A stretch of DNA of 64,000 nt from an uncultured Clostridia bacterium (GTDB taxonomy: Bacteria; Bacillota; Clostridia; TANB77; CAG-508): the NCBI GenBank assembly GCA_934141555.1, contig CAKPCK010000001.1:67163-131162 (forward strand), given 5' to 3'. This document shows, one piece after another, positions 51,278 through 61,576 of the stretch. The notes under the pieces are model-generated. The model saw only the letters and a list, made by a program, of their open reading frames with translations. It had not been told where the DNA came from and made no database searches. Positions within the stretch are counted from its first letter, which is position 1; each line of letters opens with the position of its first letter. Position numbers and translations under genes: made by a program.

Positions 51278-52888
51278 ATGGATATAAAACAAAATATATT
51301 AAAATGGTATCCATTTAAAGAAAATGCATCTGTATTGGAAATTTATGATGAAGAAAGCATTCTGAAAAATGTGAATTTAAATATAAAGTTAGATAAATGT
51401 AATATAAAAAATTTATCATTAAATGGTGAATATGATTATATTACACTAATAGGAACATTTGAATATGTCCCAACAATTTTAGATGATTATAAATGTTATT
51501 CCGAATTTTTAAAAAGACTAAAAAAACACTTAACACCTAATGGAACTATCTTGATAGCAATTGATAATAGATTAGGAGTAAAATATCTTACAGGAGGAAA
51601 ATACAAAAATTATTCTTATATATTTGAAGGGATGGAAAAAAAGATTCAAAAAGGACAAGCAAATTTATTAACAAAACAAGAAATAATAAAATTTATAAGA
51701 GAAGCGGAATTTGAAAATTTTAAATTTTATTATCCATTACCAGATTATAGATTTATAAATTCGATATTTACAGATGATTTTATGCCAAAATCAAGCCATA
51801 GTAAAATATTATATCCTGTTAATTATGATTATGGAAGCACTATATTATATAATGAAATAAATATATTTAAACAAATTTGTGATATAGGTCAGTTTGATAA
51901 TTTTACAAATTCATATATAGTTGAAATATCAAATAGTGAAATAAAAAATGATATTTGCTTTGTAAATTATAATAATTTTAGAAAAGATAAATATAAATTG
52001 TTATTAACAATAAAAAAGAATGAAGTAGAAAAAATTCCTGAAAGTAAAGAAGCAATTTCTCATGTGAAATGTATAGAAAGAAATACAAATAAATTAAGAG
52101 AATTAGGATTTGATGTATTAGAGAAAATAGAAGAAAATAAAATAATAAGTCCATTTGAAAAAGAAAAAGAATTAGATAAAAAATTAGTAGAAACGTTAGA
52201 ACAATATGGAAAAGAAGTATTTAAACAAGAAATAAGAAAATGGTATAATTTTATATTAGAAAAATTACCAGTAGAATTAGAATATGAAGATGATATTTTT
52301 AAAAAATATGATATTGATATTTCTCAAGAACAGAAGAAAAATCTTAGATTTGTAAAAGATGGATATATAGATCTAGCATTTGAAAATGTTTTTTGTAAAA
52401 ATGATGGATATTTACTATATGATCAAGAATGGTATTTACAGGATGTTCCAATAGAATTTATTTTGTATAGAGCTTTAAATAATTTATATACATATAACAA
52501 TATAAAATTAGAAAGCAAAATTTCTAGAGAAGAAATAATGGAAGAATTTGAATTAAAACAATATGAAACATATTTTGAAAAATTAGAAAGAAAAATACAA
52601 GCAGACATACTGAATAGTGAGTATGTAAGTCAATATCAAAATGAAATGAAAAAATATTATAATAAAATAGAAAATATCCAAAATGAATTAGAAAGAAAAG
52701 AAAAAGAAATTAAAGAAATAATAATTAATAAAGATAAGGAAATTAATGAAGAAAAATTAAAATATAATATATTAAAAAATGAAAAAGAAAAGATAACTAA
52801 AGAATATGAAGGATTACTTAATGAATATAATACTTCAAGAGGTTGGAAAATTATAAAAACAATAAGAAAAGTAGCAAGAAAAAAATAG
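51278..52888 (+). CDS. Methyltransferase-fold-like protein with a degenerate SAM loop, a C-terminal coiled coil and a basic amphipathic tail
   Basis: FDYITLIG-type and GTILIAIDNRLGVKYLTG blocks. The position of the Gly-rich SAM motif reads VLEIYDEES. The last 100 aa or so show a heptad-like K/E/N pattern ending in GWKIIKTIRKVARKK. Confidence 0.6.
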   Translation: MDIKQNILKWYPFKENASVLEIYDEESILKNVNLNIKLDKCNIKNLSLNGEYDYITLIGTFEYVPTILDDYKCYSEFLKRLKKHLTPNGTILIAIDNRLGVKYLTGGKYKNYSYIFEGMEKKIQKGQANLLTKQEIIKFIREAEFENFKFYYPLPDYRFINSIFTDDFMPKSSHSKILYPVNYDYGSTILYNEINIFKQICDIGQFDNFTNSYIVEISNSEIKNDICFVNYNNFRKDKYKLLLTIKKNEVEKIPESKEAISHVKCIERNTNKLRELGFDVLEKIEENKIISPFEKEKELDKKLVETLEQYGKEVFKQEIRKWYNFILEKLPVELEYEDDIFKKYDIDISQEQKKNLRFVKDGYIDLAFENVFCKNDGYLLYDQEWYLQDVPIEFILYRALNNLYTYNNIKLESKISREEIMEEFELKQYETYFEKLERKIQADILNSEYVSQYQNEMKKYYNKIENIQNELERKEKEIKEIIINKDKEINEEKLKYNILKNEKEKITKEYEGLLNEYNTSRGWKIIKTIRKVARKK

Positions 52889-52908
52889 CTGGGAAGGAAG
52901 TTAAAAAA

Positions 52909-55900
52909 ATGAATTTAAGATTTCAAATAAATAGGGCAATAGATTTTTATAAAAGAAATGGCTTAATATCAACAATAAGAAAAGTTTTTACAAAAGCTTT
53001 CTATATGCTTACAAAAAATTCACAACAAAGAAAATTTGATAAAGAAGAAAGAGAAAACTATCAGATTTGGATTAAAGAAAATGAACCAACACTAGGAGAA
53101 CTTGATGAACAAAGAAAAACAAAATTTGAATATGAGCCTAAAATTAGTGTTATTGTTCCTATGTATAATACAAAAGAAAAATATTTGAAAGAATTAATAG
53201 ATTCATTAATAGAACAAACATATGCGAACTGGGAATTATGTTTAGCAGATGGAAGTGATAGTAAAAGAGATTATGTTGATAATCTTGTAACAAAAGATGA
53301 GAGAATAAAATATAAATTTTTAAATGCAAATAAAGGAATTTCAGAAAATTCAAATGAGGCTTTAAAATTAGCAACAGGTGAATATATGGCATTATTAGAC
53401 CATGATGATATTTTACCAGCATTTTCATTATACGAAATTGTAAAAGTAATTAATAAAAATAAAGATGCAGAATTTCTTTATACAGATGAAGATAAAATCT
53501 TTGAAGATAAAGAAAATAGATTAGGTCCACATTTTAAGCAAGATTTTGCACCAGACACATTAATGAGTTACAATTATATATGCCATTTTTCAATATTTAA
53601 GAAATCATTAATGGACAAGTTAGGGGGATTTAGAAAAGAATTTGATGGAAGTCAAGACTATGATTTAATATTTAGAGCAACAGAACAAGCAAATCAAATA
53701 ATTCATATTCCAAAGGTTTTATACCATTGGAGAATGAATGAAAATTCAGTAGCATTAAGTTCAGATGCAAAACCATATGCATATGAAGCTGCAAAGAGAG
53801 TAATTGCAGACCATATGAAAAGAGTTGGTATAAAAGGAAAAGTTGAAGATTCAGCTATATTAGGAATTTATAAAATAAAATATGAAGTACAAGGAAATCC
53901 AAAAGTTTCTATAATTATTGCTAATAAAGATCATAAAAAAGATTTAAAAACATGTGTAGAATCAATTCTTGAATATACAACATATAAAAACTATGAAATA
54001 GTAATAGTTGAAAATAATAGTGAAACAAAAGAAATAAAAGAATATTATAAAGAATTAAAGAAAAATCCTCAGATAAAAATTGTTGAATATAAAGAAAAAG
54101 GATTTAACTACTCTAGAATAAACAATTTTGGTGTAAAAAATGCAAGTGGAGAATATATAGTTTTATTAAATAATGATACAAAAATTGTAACAGAAGACTG
54201 GATTGAAAACATGGTAGGAAATTGCCAAAGAGAAGATGTCGGAATAGTTGGAACAAAATTATTATATGCAAATGGAAAAGTACAACATGCAGGAGTAGTT
54301 TTAGGACTAACTGGAATTGCAGGACATATTAATTCAGGATTAGATTATAATGATCCTGGATATATGGCAAGGAATATAATCTCTCAAAATTATAGTGCTG
54401 TAACAGGTGCAATGATGATGATTTCAAAAAAAGACTATGAAGATGTCGGAGGATTAGACGAGAATTTTCCAGTAGCATATAATGATATAGATTTATGCTT
54501 AAAAATTAGAGCAAAAAATAAAGTAATAGTAATGAATCCAAATGTAGTGGCATATCATTTTGAATCTAAAACTAGAGGATATGAAATATCAGCAGAAAAA
54601 ATAAAAAGATTGGAAGAAGATAGTCAAAGATTAAAGAATAAATGGAAAGATGTATTTGAAAAAGAAGATCCATATTTTAATCCAAATTTTAGAAAAGATG
54701 TTGGAACTATGAGAGTAAAAATAAACGAAAAAAAAAATGAAAAAAAAGTAAAGTCAAATAAAAAAAGTATTTTTGCAGTAATAATTGCATGTTTAATTAC
54801 AATAATGTTTTTTACATACAGTGTAACAATAACACATGATTCTGCACATTATTTGTGGTTAACAAGTTTGTTAACAAAATCAGAAGGGATATTTCAATAT
54901 TGGGATATTGCAAGAGGACCAGTTTTTCCTTTATTTATAAAAATATGTAATAAATTATTTGGAAAAAATATTAATGGTTTATTAATAGGTATGTATGTGT
55001 TTTATGTGATGATGTTAATTGGATGTTATTATATATATAAAGATACATTAAAAAATGAAAAATATTTTGGAAAGAAAATGAAAATATTTTATACAATTGG
55101 TTTTGTAATATTGATATTAATAAATCCAATGATATTTGGATATTATCATACTTTATTAACAGAATTTATAGGGATAACAGTTGCTATTATAAGTTGTTCT
55201 ATATCATGGAAATTAATTCAATTTGATGCAAAAGAAAATAAGAAAAAATATATTTTAGAAACAGTATTTTTAGCAATATTATCGATGTTAATGTGGCTTT
55301 TAAAGCAACCATATGTTGGAACAGTTATATTTCCACTTATTACAGCATCTATAATATCATTTATAAGAAATCCAAAATTTTATAATTTTGTTCAAAGAGC
55401 AATAAGTATATTAATATGTTGTATAGCAATTTTTGTGGGCGTACAAATATGGAATTTTGTGATAAAAATTGGAAATGTTGAAATTGATAATACAAGAACT
55501 TCATCAGGATTTTTAGCATCAGGAATAATGAATGGAATTCCAAAAGAAAATATAGAAGAGGATTCAAATGAAAAAGATAATTTAACAGAAGAAACAAATG
55601 AAGAAGAAAATATAACGGTTGGACAAGCAATTAAATGTTTATGTGATTCCATAAAAAAAGATCCTAAAGCAGTATTTGAGGTATATATATCAAATTATTT
55701 AGCAACTATTAGTATATATCCAATAGATTTTGATGAAATGAGAATAATTGTTCAAAAACAATTTGATTGGACAAACACTGAAGAAATAAGAAAAATAGGA
55801 TACAAAATTTATGAATATGGAGAAGAAAATGTATTTTATTTGTTAGAAACTGTAAGTAGATATGCAGAAGAATATAAAAGCATAAATAAACCAATAACAA

Positions 55901-56214
55901 TAGTAAATAAAATAATTACAAGTTTAATCATACCAGATACGATTATAATGAAAATTAGTTATTTAATATTACCATTATTAACAATAGTTTCTATTATATC
56001 TGTTTTTAGAACCAATGGAAAATATGATAAGAAATATTGTGAAATTATTGATATAATAACAATTTTATTTTCATTTAGTTTAATGCATATATTATTACAT
56101 TCAATGTTAGGATCAACAATAGATAGATATACAATTCCGGCTTTGGTAACAACATTTATGGGAATATTTTTAAGTATATATGCAGTTATTTATAGAAAAA
56201 AGTACAAAATATAA
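52909..56214 (+). CDS. Tri-domain glycosyltransferase: two tandem GT2 domains fused to a roughly 480-aa polytopic membrane domain
   Basis: GT2-1 has ISVIVPMYN...LDHDD. GT2-2 has VSIIIANKDH...LLNNDT. More than 10 hydrophobic helices lie from nt 54760 onward. The ATG at 52909 is preceded by GGGAAGGAAG. The upstream TTG (52843) overlaps the previous gene. Confidence 0.8.
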   Translation: MNLRFQINRAIDFYKRNGLISTIRKVFTKAFYMLTKNSQQRKFDKEERENYQIWIKENEPTLGELDEQRKTKFEYEPKISVIVPMYNTKEKYLKELIDSLIEQTYANWELCLADGSDSKRDYVDNLVTKDERIKYKFLNANKGISENSNEALKLATGEYMALLDHDDILPAFSLYEIVKVINKNKDAEFLYTDEDKIFEDKENRLGPHFKQDFAPDTLMSYNYICHFSIFKKSLMDKLGGFRKEFDGSQDYDLIFRATEQANQIIHIPKVLYHWRMNENSVALSSDAKPYAYEAAKRVIADHMKRVGIKGKVEDSAILGIYKIKYEVQGNPKVSIIIANKDHKKDLKTCVESILEYTTYKNYEIVIVENNSETKEIKEYYKELKKNPQIKIVEYKEKGFNYSRINNFGVKNASGEYIVLLNNDTKIVTEDWIENMVGNCQREDVGIVGTKLLYANGKVQHAGVVLGLTGIAGHINSGLDYNDPGYMARNIISQNYSAVTGAMMMISKKDYEDVGGLDENFPVAYNDIDLCLKIRAKNKVIVMNPNVVAYHFESKTRGYEISAEKIKRLEEDSQRLKNKWKDVFEKEDPYFNPNFRKDVGTMRVKINEKKNEKKVKSNKKSIFAVIIACLITIMFFTYSVTITHDSAHYLWLTSLLTKSEGIFQYWDIARGPVFPLFIKICNKLFGKNINGLLIGMYVFYVMMLIGCYYIYKDTLKNEKYFGKKMKIFYTIGFVILILINPMIFGYYHTLLTEFIGITVAIISCSISWKLIQFDAKENKKKYILETVFLAILSMLMWLLKQPYVGTVIFPLITASIISFIRNPKFYNFVQRAISILICCIAIFVGVQIWNFVIKIGNVEIDNTRTSSGFLASGIMNGIPKENIEEDSNEKDNLTEETNEEENITVGQAIKCLCDSIKKDPKAVFEVYISNYLATISIYPIDFDEMRIIVQKQFDWTNTEEIRKIGYKIYEYGEENVFYLLETVSRYAEEYKSINKPITIVNKIITSLIIPDTIIMKISYLILPLLTIVSIISVFRTNGKYDKKYCEIIDIITILFSFSLMHILLHSMLGSTIDRYTIPALVTTFMGIFLSIYAVIYRKKYKI
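54728..54747 (+). repeat. Homopolymeric tracts A10 (54728-54737) and A8 (54740-54747) inside the tri-domain GT gene
   Basis: Counted directly. They encode the EKKNEKK linker exactly between the GT2 domains and the membrane domain. Confidence 0.9.
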
Positions 56215-56229
56215 TTAAGAAGGAGAAAA

Positions 56230-58257
56230 ATGATGAAAAAATGTGATATAATTATCCCAATTTATAACTCACCAGAATGGGTAAAAATGTGTGTATATGC
56301 ATTATATAAAAATACCCCAAAAGAATATATTGGTAAAGTAATTTTAATGAATGATAATTCAGATGAATTAACTTGTAATTGTATAGAAAATTTAAAAATT
56401 AAATATAAATCAATTGAAGTTTATAAAAATGAAAATAACCTTGGATTTATAAAAAATGTTAATAAGGGTATGGACAAAACAAAAGAAGATTATATTTTGT
56501 TATTAAATACAGATTGCTTATTATCCAAAAATACAATTCCAAAATTAATTGAACATATGGAAAAAAATAATAAAATAGGGTTAATTTGTCCGATATCAAG
56601 TAATGCTGCAAATTTATCATTTGATATACTTGAAAATTATAGTTATATGCAAGTAAATGATATGTTTTATAAAAATTTTAAAGGAATGAATTTTGATGCA
56701 TGTACTGTTGTAGGAAATTGCTTAATGATTTCGAGAGAATGTATGGAAAAAACAGGATATTTAGATGAAGCATATGGAATGGGATATGGTGATGAAACAG
56801 ACTATCAATTTAAAGCACATAAACAAGGGTTTGAAGCTAAAGTTGCAATAGACACATATGTTTTCCATAAATCAGAGGTCTCTTTTGGAACAAGTCCTGA
56901 AAAGCAAAAAAGACTAGAACATAATAGAGAAATATTTTTTAGTCGTTGGGGTGAAGAATATAATAAAAAAATGCAAGAATATGTAAAAAATGATCCAATA
57001 GAATATATAAAAACACATTTGAAAATAGAAGAAAAGCCTAGACCAGATGTATTATTCTTTTTGCCAGATATTCATCAAAATGCTGGTGGAGTTCATATGG
57101 TTGTAGATATTGTAAATTATTTAAATATTAATGGATATTTTGCAAATATATTAACAGAAAGAATTCATGAATATAAAGAAATAATGATATTTTCACCAAG
57201 CTTTATGAAAAATGTAAAAGATATTGAACCAAAATGCATTGTTGGAACAATATATCCTACAATATTCTTTGTAGAAACAATAGCAAAACATTATAATATA
57301 CCAGCAGTAAACTTTATGCAAGGATATGAGCCATGTTTTGATAATGGAGAAATTTATAGTTGGGCTGAATTAGCTTGTAGAAATAGTCAAAATATTTTAG
57401 CAATATCACAATTTTTAAAAGAAAAATGCAAAACAAATTTTAGAAAAGATGCTACAGTAATTCCAAATGCAATAAATACAGATTTAATATATAATACAAA
57501 TAAAAAAAGAAAAGAAAAAGTATCTATAACTATGGATTTACGTAATTCATTTCCAAAAGGAGATTTCTTATTAAATGAAATATTAAAAAAATTAACATTA
57601 AAAGACTATAATATAGAAATAAATGTTATATATGTAAAAAAGACGATGTTCCCAATAAATAATAATAAAAATATTAAAATCAATTATTATGAAGGACCAT
57701 TAAACAGAAAAGAAGTAAGCAATATATTATTTGACACAGATATATTTATAGATGCATCTTTAATGGAAGGATTTGGGCTAATGTCATTAGAAGCAATGGC
57801 AGCAGGAGCAGTGCCTATTGTTGGAGAATCATTTGGAATAGATGAATATGCAAAAGACAATGAAAATTCATTTATAATTAAAGAAATCAATAATGTAGAT
57901 AAATATATTGAAAAAATAGAAATATTATTGAAAGATTCAAAAAAATTATCAGATATGAGCAAAAATGCACAAGAAACAGCATTAAAATTTGATATGGACA
58001 CAAATATTCCAAAATATATAGAATATTTCAAAAGTGTAAAAAAACAAAAAATAGAATTAACTTCTCAAGAGAAAGAAGCTTCAGAGAAATGGATTGTTTC
58101 AGAAGATAGTATATTTTCAAAAGAAGAAGAAAATATAGAAAAACAAGCAGATGTAATAAGTAAAAAAAGAAAAATATATTATGTAATATTAAAACCATTT
58201 CCAAAAAAGTTAAAAACAAAAGTTAAAGAATTTTTAAAAAAACTAATACAGGGTTAA
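56230..58257 (+). CDS. Bifunctional glycosyltransferase (N-terminal GT2 + C-terminal GT4/GT1-type domain)
   Basis: CDIIIPIYNSPEW...LLNTDC for the GT2 part. EGFGLMSLEAMAAGAVPIV (E-x7-E region) for the GT4 part. Confidence 0.8.
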   Translation: MMKKCDIIIPIYNSPEWVKMCVYALYKNTPKEYIGKVILMNDNSDELTCNCIENLKIKYKSIEVYKNENNLGFIKNVNKGMDKTKEDYILLLNTDCLLSKNTIPKLIEHMEKNNKIGLICPISSNAANLSFDILENYSYMQVNDMFYKNFKGMNFDACTVVGNCLMISRECMEKTGYLDEAYGMGYGDETDYQFKAHKQGFEAKVAIDTYVFHKSEVSFGTSPEKQKRLEHNREIFFSRWGEEYNKKMQEYVKNDPIEYIKTHLKIEEKPRPDVLFFLPDIHQNAGGVHMVVDIVNYLNINGYFANILTERIHEYKEIMIFSPSFMKNVKDIEPKCIVGTIYPTIFFVETIAKHYNIPAVNFMQGYEPCFDNGEIYSWAELACRNSQNILAISQFLKEKCKTNFRKDATVIPNAINTDLIYNTNKKRKEKVSITMDLRNSFPKGDFLLNEILKKLTLKDYNIEINVIYVKKTMFPINNNKNIKINYYEGPLNRKEVSNILFDTDIFIDASLMEGFGLMSLEAMAAGAVPIVGESFGIDEYAKDNENSFIIKEINNVDKYIEKIEILLKDSKKLSDMSKNAQETALKFDMDTNIPKYIEYFKSVKKQKIELTSQEKEASEKWIVSEDSIFSKEEENIEKQADVISKKRKIYYVILKPFPKKLKTKVKEFLKKLIQG

Positions 58258-58298
58258 AATATAAATAGTGATAAGTAATAGGTTAAGGAGAATATCTA

Positions 58299-59012
58299 AT
58301 GAAAGTATTATTGATAATACCAGCATATAATGAACAAGAAAATATAGAAAAAACAGTAAAAAAAATAGAAAAAAGTAATCAAGAAATAGAATATATTGTA
58401 ATAAATGATGGTTCTACAGATAATACAGAAGAAATCTTAAAAGAAAAAAATATTAACCATATAAAATTAGTTAATAATTTAGGGATAGGTGGAGCAGTAC
58501 AAACAGGTTATAAATACGCATTTGAAAATAATTTCGATATAGCAATACAATTTGATGGAGATGGACAACATGATGTTAATTATATATCAAAAGTATGTGA
58601 ACCATTAATAAATGGACAAGCAGATATGTGTATAGGAACAAGATATTTGGATAAAAATGAAAGCAAATTTCAATCAACATTTATGAGAAGATTAGGATCA
58701 AATATAATTTCAATTGTTATAAAAATATTTACTGGTAAAAAAATAACAGATCCAACATCTGGATTTAGAGCAGTTAATAGAGTAGTAATTGAGGAATTTG
58801 CTAAAAATTATCCAACAGAATATCCAGAACCCGAATCTACAGTATCATTACTAGTAAATAATTATAGAGTAGCAGAAGTACCAGTAAGTATGAATGAAAG
58901 AGATGGAGGAGTATCATCAATAAGACTTTGGAAGACAGCTGACTATATGATAAAAGTAGTATTGGCAATAATTATTGATAGTATAAGTTTTAGAAAAAGG
59001 AGGAAGAAATAA
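58299..59012 (+). CDS. GT2 polyprenyl-phosphate glycosyltransferase-like enzyme (GtrB/DPM1-like, soluble form)
   Basis: LIIPAYNEQENI, VINDGSTDNT, FDGDGQHD, and TSGFRA motifs. Confidence 0.8.
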   Translation: MKVLLIIPAYNEQENIEKTVKKIEKSNQEIEYIVINDGSTDNTEEILKEKNINHIKLVNNLGIGGAVQTGYKYAFENNFDIAIQFDGDGQHDVNYISKVCEPLINGQADMCIGTRYLDKNESKFQSTFMRRLGSNIISIVIKIFTGKKITDPTSGFRAVNRVVIEEFAKNYPTEYPEPESTVSLLVNNYRVAEVPVSMNERDGGVSSIRLWKTADYMIKVVLAIIIDSISFRKRRKK

Positions 59013-59359
59013 TGCAAAAAATAGCACTAATTATAATTGTCTTATTTTATATATTTTGTATATTAAAAGCAGTTAAAAGAAAAAATATGAGAATTGGATA
59101 TCTTATATTTTGGATGATAATTGGAATTGTATTTATTATATCATTATTGATTCCAAATTTAGTAGAAAACATATCAAATATATTAGGTTTTGAAATGCCA
59201 ATAAATATGATAGTCTGCTTTGCAATTTTTGTTATATTATATTTGATTTTTGATTTAACAATATTAATAACAAAAGAATATAATAAAAATACATTACTTA
59301 TACAAGAAATATCAATTTTGAAAAAAAGAGTAGAGGAATTAGAGAAAAAAGATGACTAA
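59012..59359 (+). CDS. DUF2304-like small membrane protein (start overlaps the upstream stop)
   Basis: 115 aa, 3 TM, then a short coiled tail. It is a typical partner of the preceding GT2 type. Confidence 0.55.
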   Translation: MQKIALIIIVLFYIFCILKAVKRKNMRIGYLIFWMIIGIVFIISLLIPNLVENISNILGFEMPINMIVCFAIFVILYLIFDLTILITKEYNKNTLLIQEISILKKRVEELEKKDD

Positions 59360-60530
59360 TGTAACAGAAGAAAAAAAAGAGAATAAAGTGAAAGAAAAAA
59401 ATCAAGATAAAGTAAAAAAAAGAGAAAAAATATGGGATATTGTAAAAGGTATAGGAATTATTAGTATAGTTATAGGACACACTACTCCAATATCAAATTT
59501 GCATGAATTTGTATATACATATCATTTAGCAATTTTCTATTTTGTTTCTATATATTTTTATGATGAAAGAAAATATGGAGATAAACCATTTGCATATTTT
59601 GGAAATAAAATAAGAAAAACATGGGGTAGATATTTCTTTTATACACTAATATTAATTTTAATGCATAATTTATTTTATAAACTTAATATGTATTTTTTCC
59701 CAATACTACCTTTAGATAAAGCGTCAATATTAGCTGAAATATTAAGATCAATGTTATTTATGTGTACAGAACGTTTTGGAGGAGCTTTATGGTTTGTACC
59801 AACATTATTGTTTGCTACAGGTTTATTTGGAGGAATAGTATATTGTGCGAGAAGGATAAGTAGAAGTGTTATAGATATAGATGAGGAAAAGAGAAAATAT
59901 ATAAAGTATATATTAATAATATTATTATCAATGTTTTTGGGATATATTGGAGTATATCTAAATGAAAATGAATTTATGTTGATTTATTATATACATACAT
60001 CGTTTTTAGTAATACCAATATGTATGTTAGGATATTTTTTTCATGAATATGTAGAAGATTTTAAAAAATTTAATAAATTATACATAACAATACCAATATT
60101 CATAATTTCAGGGATATTTTTATATATGATAGTAAAAAATGGAATGATAATAGCACTTGCTACACAACAAATAATAAATGGATACATGTTTTATTTAGTT
60201 TCTTTTGTAGGGATAATGTATTGTATATCACTTGCAAGTATAATAGAAAAAATACCAGGAATAAAAGATGCAGTATCATTATGTGGAAAGCAGTCATTTG
60301 CAATAATGGCATTACATTTTGCATGTATAAAAGGAGTAGATGTAATTTATTCTAAGATTATACATGAAACTAATCCAAAAATAATATCTAATTGGGTAAG
60401 TACATATCCAGAAAAATTGTGGATAATATATTTAATTGTTGGGTGTGTTGTGCCAGTAATATTTGGATTATTGACAGAAAAATTAAGAAGAATTTTGAAT
60501 GGAGAAAAAAATGAAAAACAAAAAAATTAA
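59352..60530 (+). CDS. Acyltransferase family 3 membrane protein (probable glycan O-acyltransferase)
   Basis: WDIVKGIGIISIVIGH motif and about 10 TM. K/E-rich N-terminal leader. Confidence 0.75.
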   Translation: MTNVTEEKKENKVKEKNQDKVKKREKIWDIVKGIGIISIVIGHTTPISNLHEFVYTYHLAIFYFVSIYFYDERKYGDKPFAYFGNKIRKTWGRYFFYTLILILMHNLFYKLNMYFFPILPLDKASILAEILRSMLFMCTERFGGALWFVPTLLFATGLFGGIVYCARRISRSVIDIDEEKRKYIKYILIILLSMFLGYIGVYLNENEFMLIYYIHTSFLVIPICMLGYFFHEYVEDFKKFNKLYITIPIFIISGIFLYMIVKNGMIIALATQQIINGYMFYLVSFVGIMYCISLASIIEKIPGIKDAVSLCGKQSFAIMALHFACIKGVDVIYSKIIHETNPKIISNWVSTYPEKLWIIYLIVGCVVPVIFGLLTEKLRRILNGEKNEKQKN

Positions 60531-61554
60531 GCTTTCAATAGTTGTAGCAGTATATAATTTAGAGCAATATTTGCCAAGATGTTTAGATGCATTAGTAAAT
60601 CAAACACTCCAAGAAATAGAAATATTATGTGTGGATGATGGTTCAACAGATTCTGCACCACAGATAATAGATGAATATGAACAAAAATATCCAAGTAAAG
60701 TAAAAGCATTTCATAAACAAAATGGTGGAGAATTTACATCAAGAAATTATGGATTAGAAAGAGCAAATGGAGAATATGTAACATTTGTAGATACAGATGA
60801 TTATGTGGAATTAAATTGGGCAGAAAAATTATATAATACAGCAAAACAAAACAATGCGGATTTGGCAATATGTGCTTTTGAAAGGATAGACTTAAAAACA
60901 AATAAAGTGATAGCAACAAATATGACTAATTTTGGAAATGCAATAAAGAAAATAGATCCAAATGATGATTACTTATTATTTATAAATCCAGCACCTTGGA
61001 ATAAAGTATATAAATTAGACAAAATAAAAGATTTAAGATTTTTACCATTCAGAGGATTTAATGATACAATGTTTTTAGCTAGTTGTTATACAAGAATAAA
61101 GAAAATAGCCTTTATTCCAGACGTATTATATCATTATTACTTAAGATATGATTCACAAATACATACAGTTAATAAACAAGATGTAGAAAATTTAAAAAAG
61201 TATTTATTGGAAGTAAAAAAATTGTATATAGAAAGCAATAAATATGAAGAAATGAAATATATATTAGATACTTTTGCATTTTTGCACTTAGGAACATCTG
61301 TAATGTATAGAGTGTCTTATGATGAAACAGTAAATATGAAAGAAATGTTAAAAGAAACAATTAAATATTTAGATGATAATTTTTCAAATTGGAGAAAATC
61401 ACCGTTTTTAACATTTAAATATTCTATCAAAAAAGGATTTAAACACTTAGCATTATGGGGAGTTTCAGTATTTTATAGATTAGGATTACCGATGGTATAT
61501 ATAAAAGTATATAGGTTTTTAGTAGATAAACTAAAAATAGATATAAAATTTTAG
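60511..61554 (+). CDS. Family-2 glycosyltransferase
   Basis: LSIVVAVYNLEQYLPRCLDALVNQT, CVDDGSTD, and VDTDD. The ATG at 60511 has a GGAG RBS. An alternative ATG lies at 60499. Confidence 0.8.
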   Translation: MKNKKIKLSIVVAVYNLEQYLPRCLDALVNQTLQEIEILCVDDGSTDSAPQIIDEYEQKYPSKVKAFHKQNGGEFTSRNYGLERANGEYVTFVDTDDYVELNWAEKLYNTAKQNNADLAICAFERIDLKTNKVIATNMTNFGNAIKKIDPNDDYLLFINPAPWNKVYKLDKIKDLRFLPFRGFNDTMFLASCYTRIKKIAFIPDVLYHYYLRYDSQIHTVNKQDVENLKKYLLEVKKLYIESNKYEEMKYILDTFAFLHLGTSVMYRVSYDETVNMKEMLKETIKYLDDNFSNWRKSPFLTFKYSIKKGFKHLALWGVSVFYRLGLPMVYIKVYRFLVDKLKIDIKF

Positions 61555-61576
61555 AATATAGGAAGGAAAAATCAAT

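Noticed and set aside
52843-52908. TTG-initiated 22-aa N-terminal extension of the tri-domain glycosyltransferase
   Set aside because: It overlaps the end of the upstream gene and lacks an RBS. The ATG at 52909 is preceded by GGGAAGGAAG.
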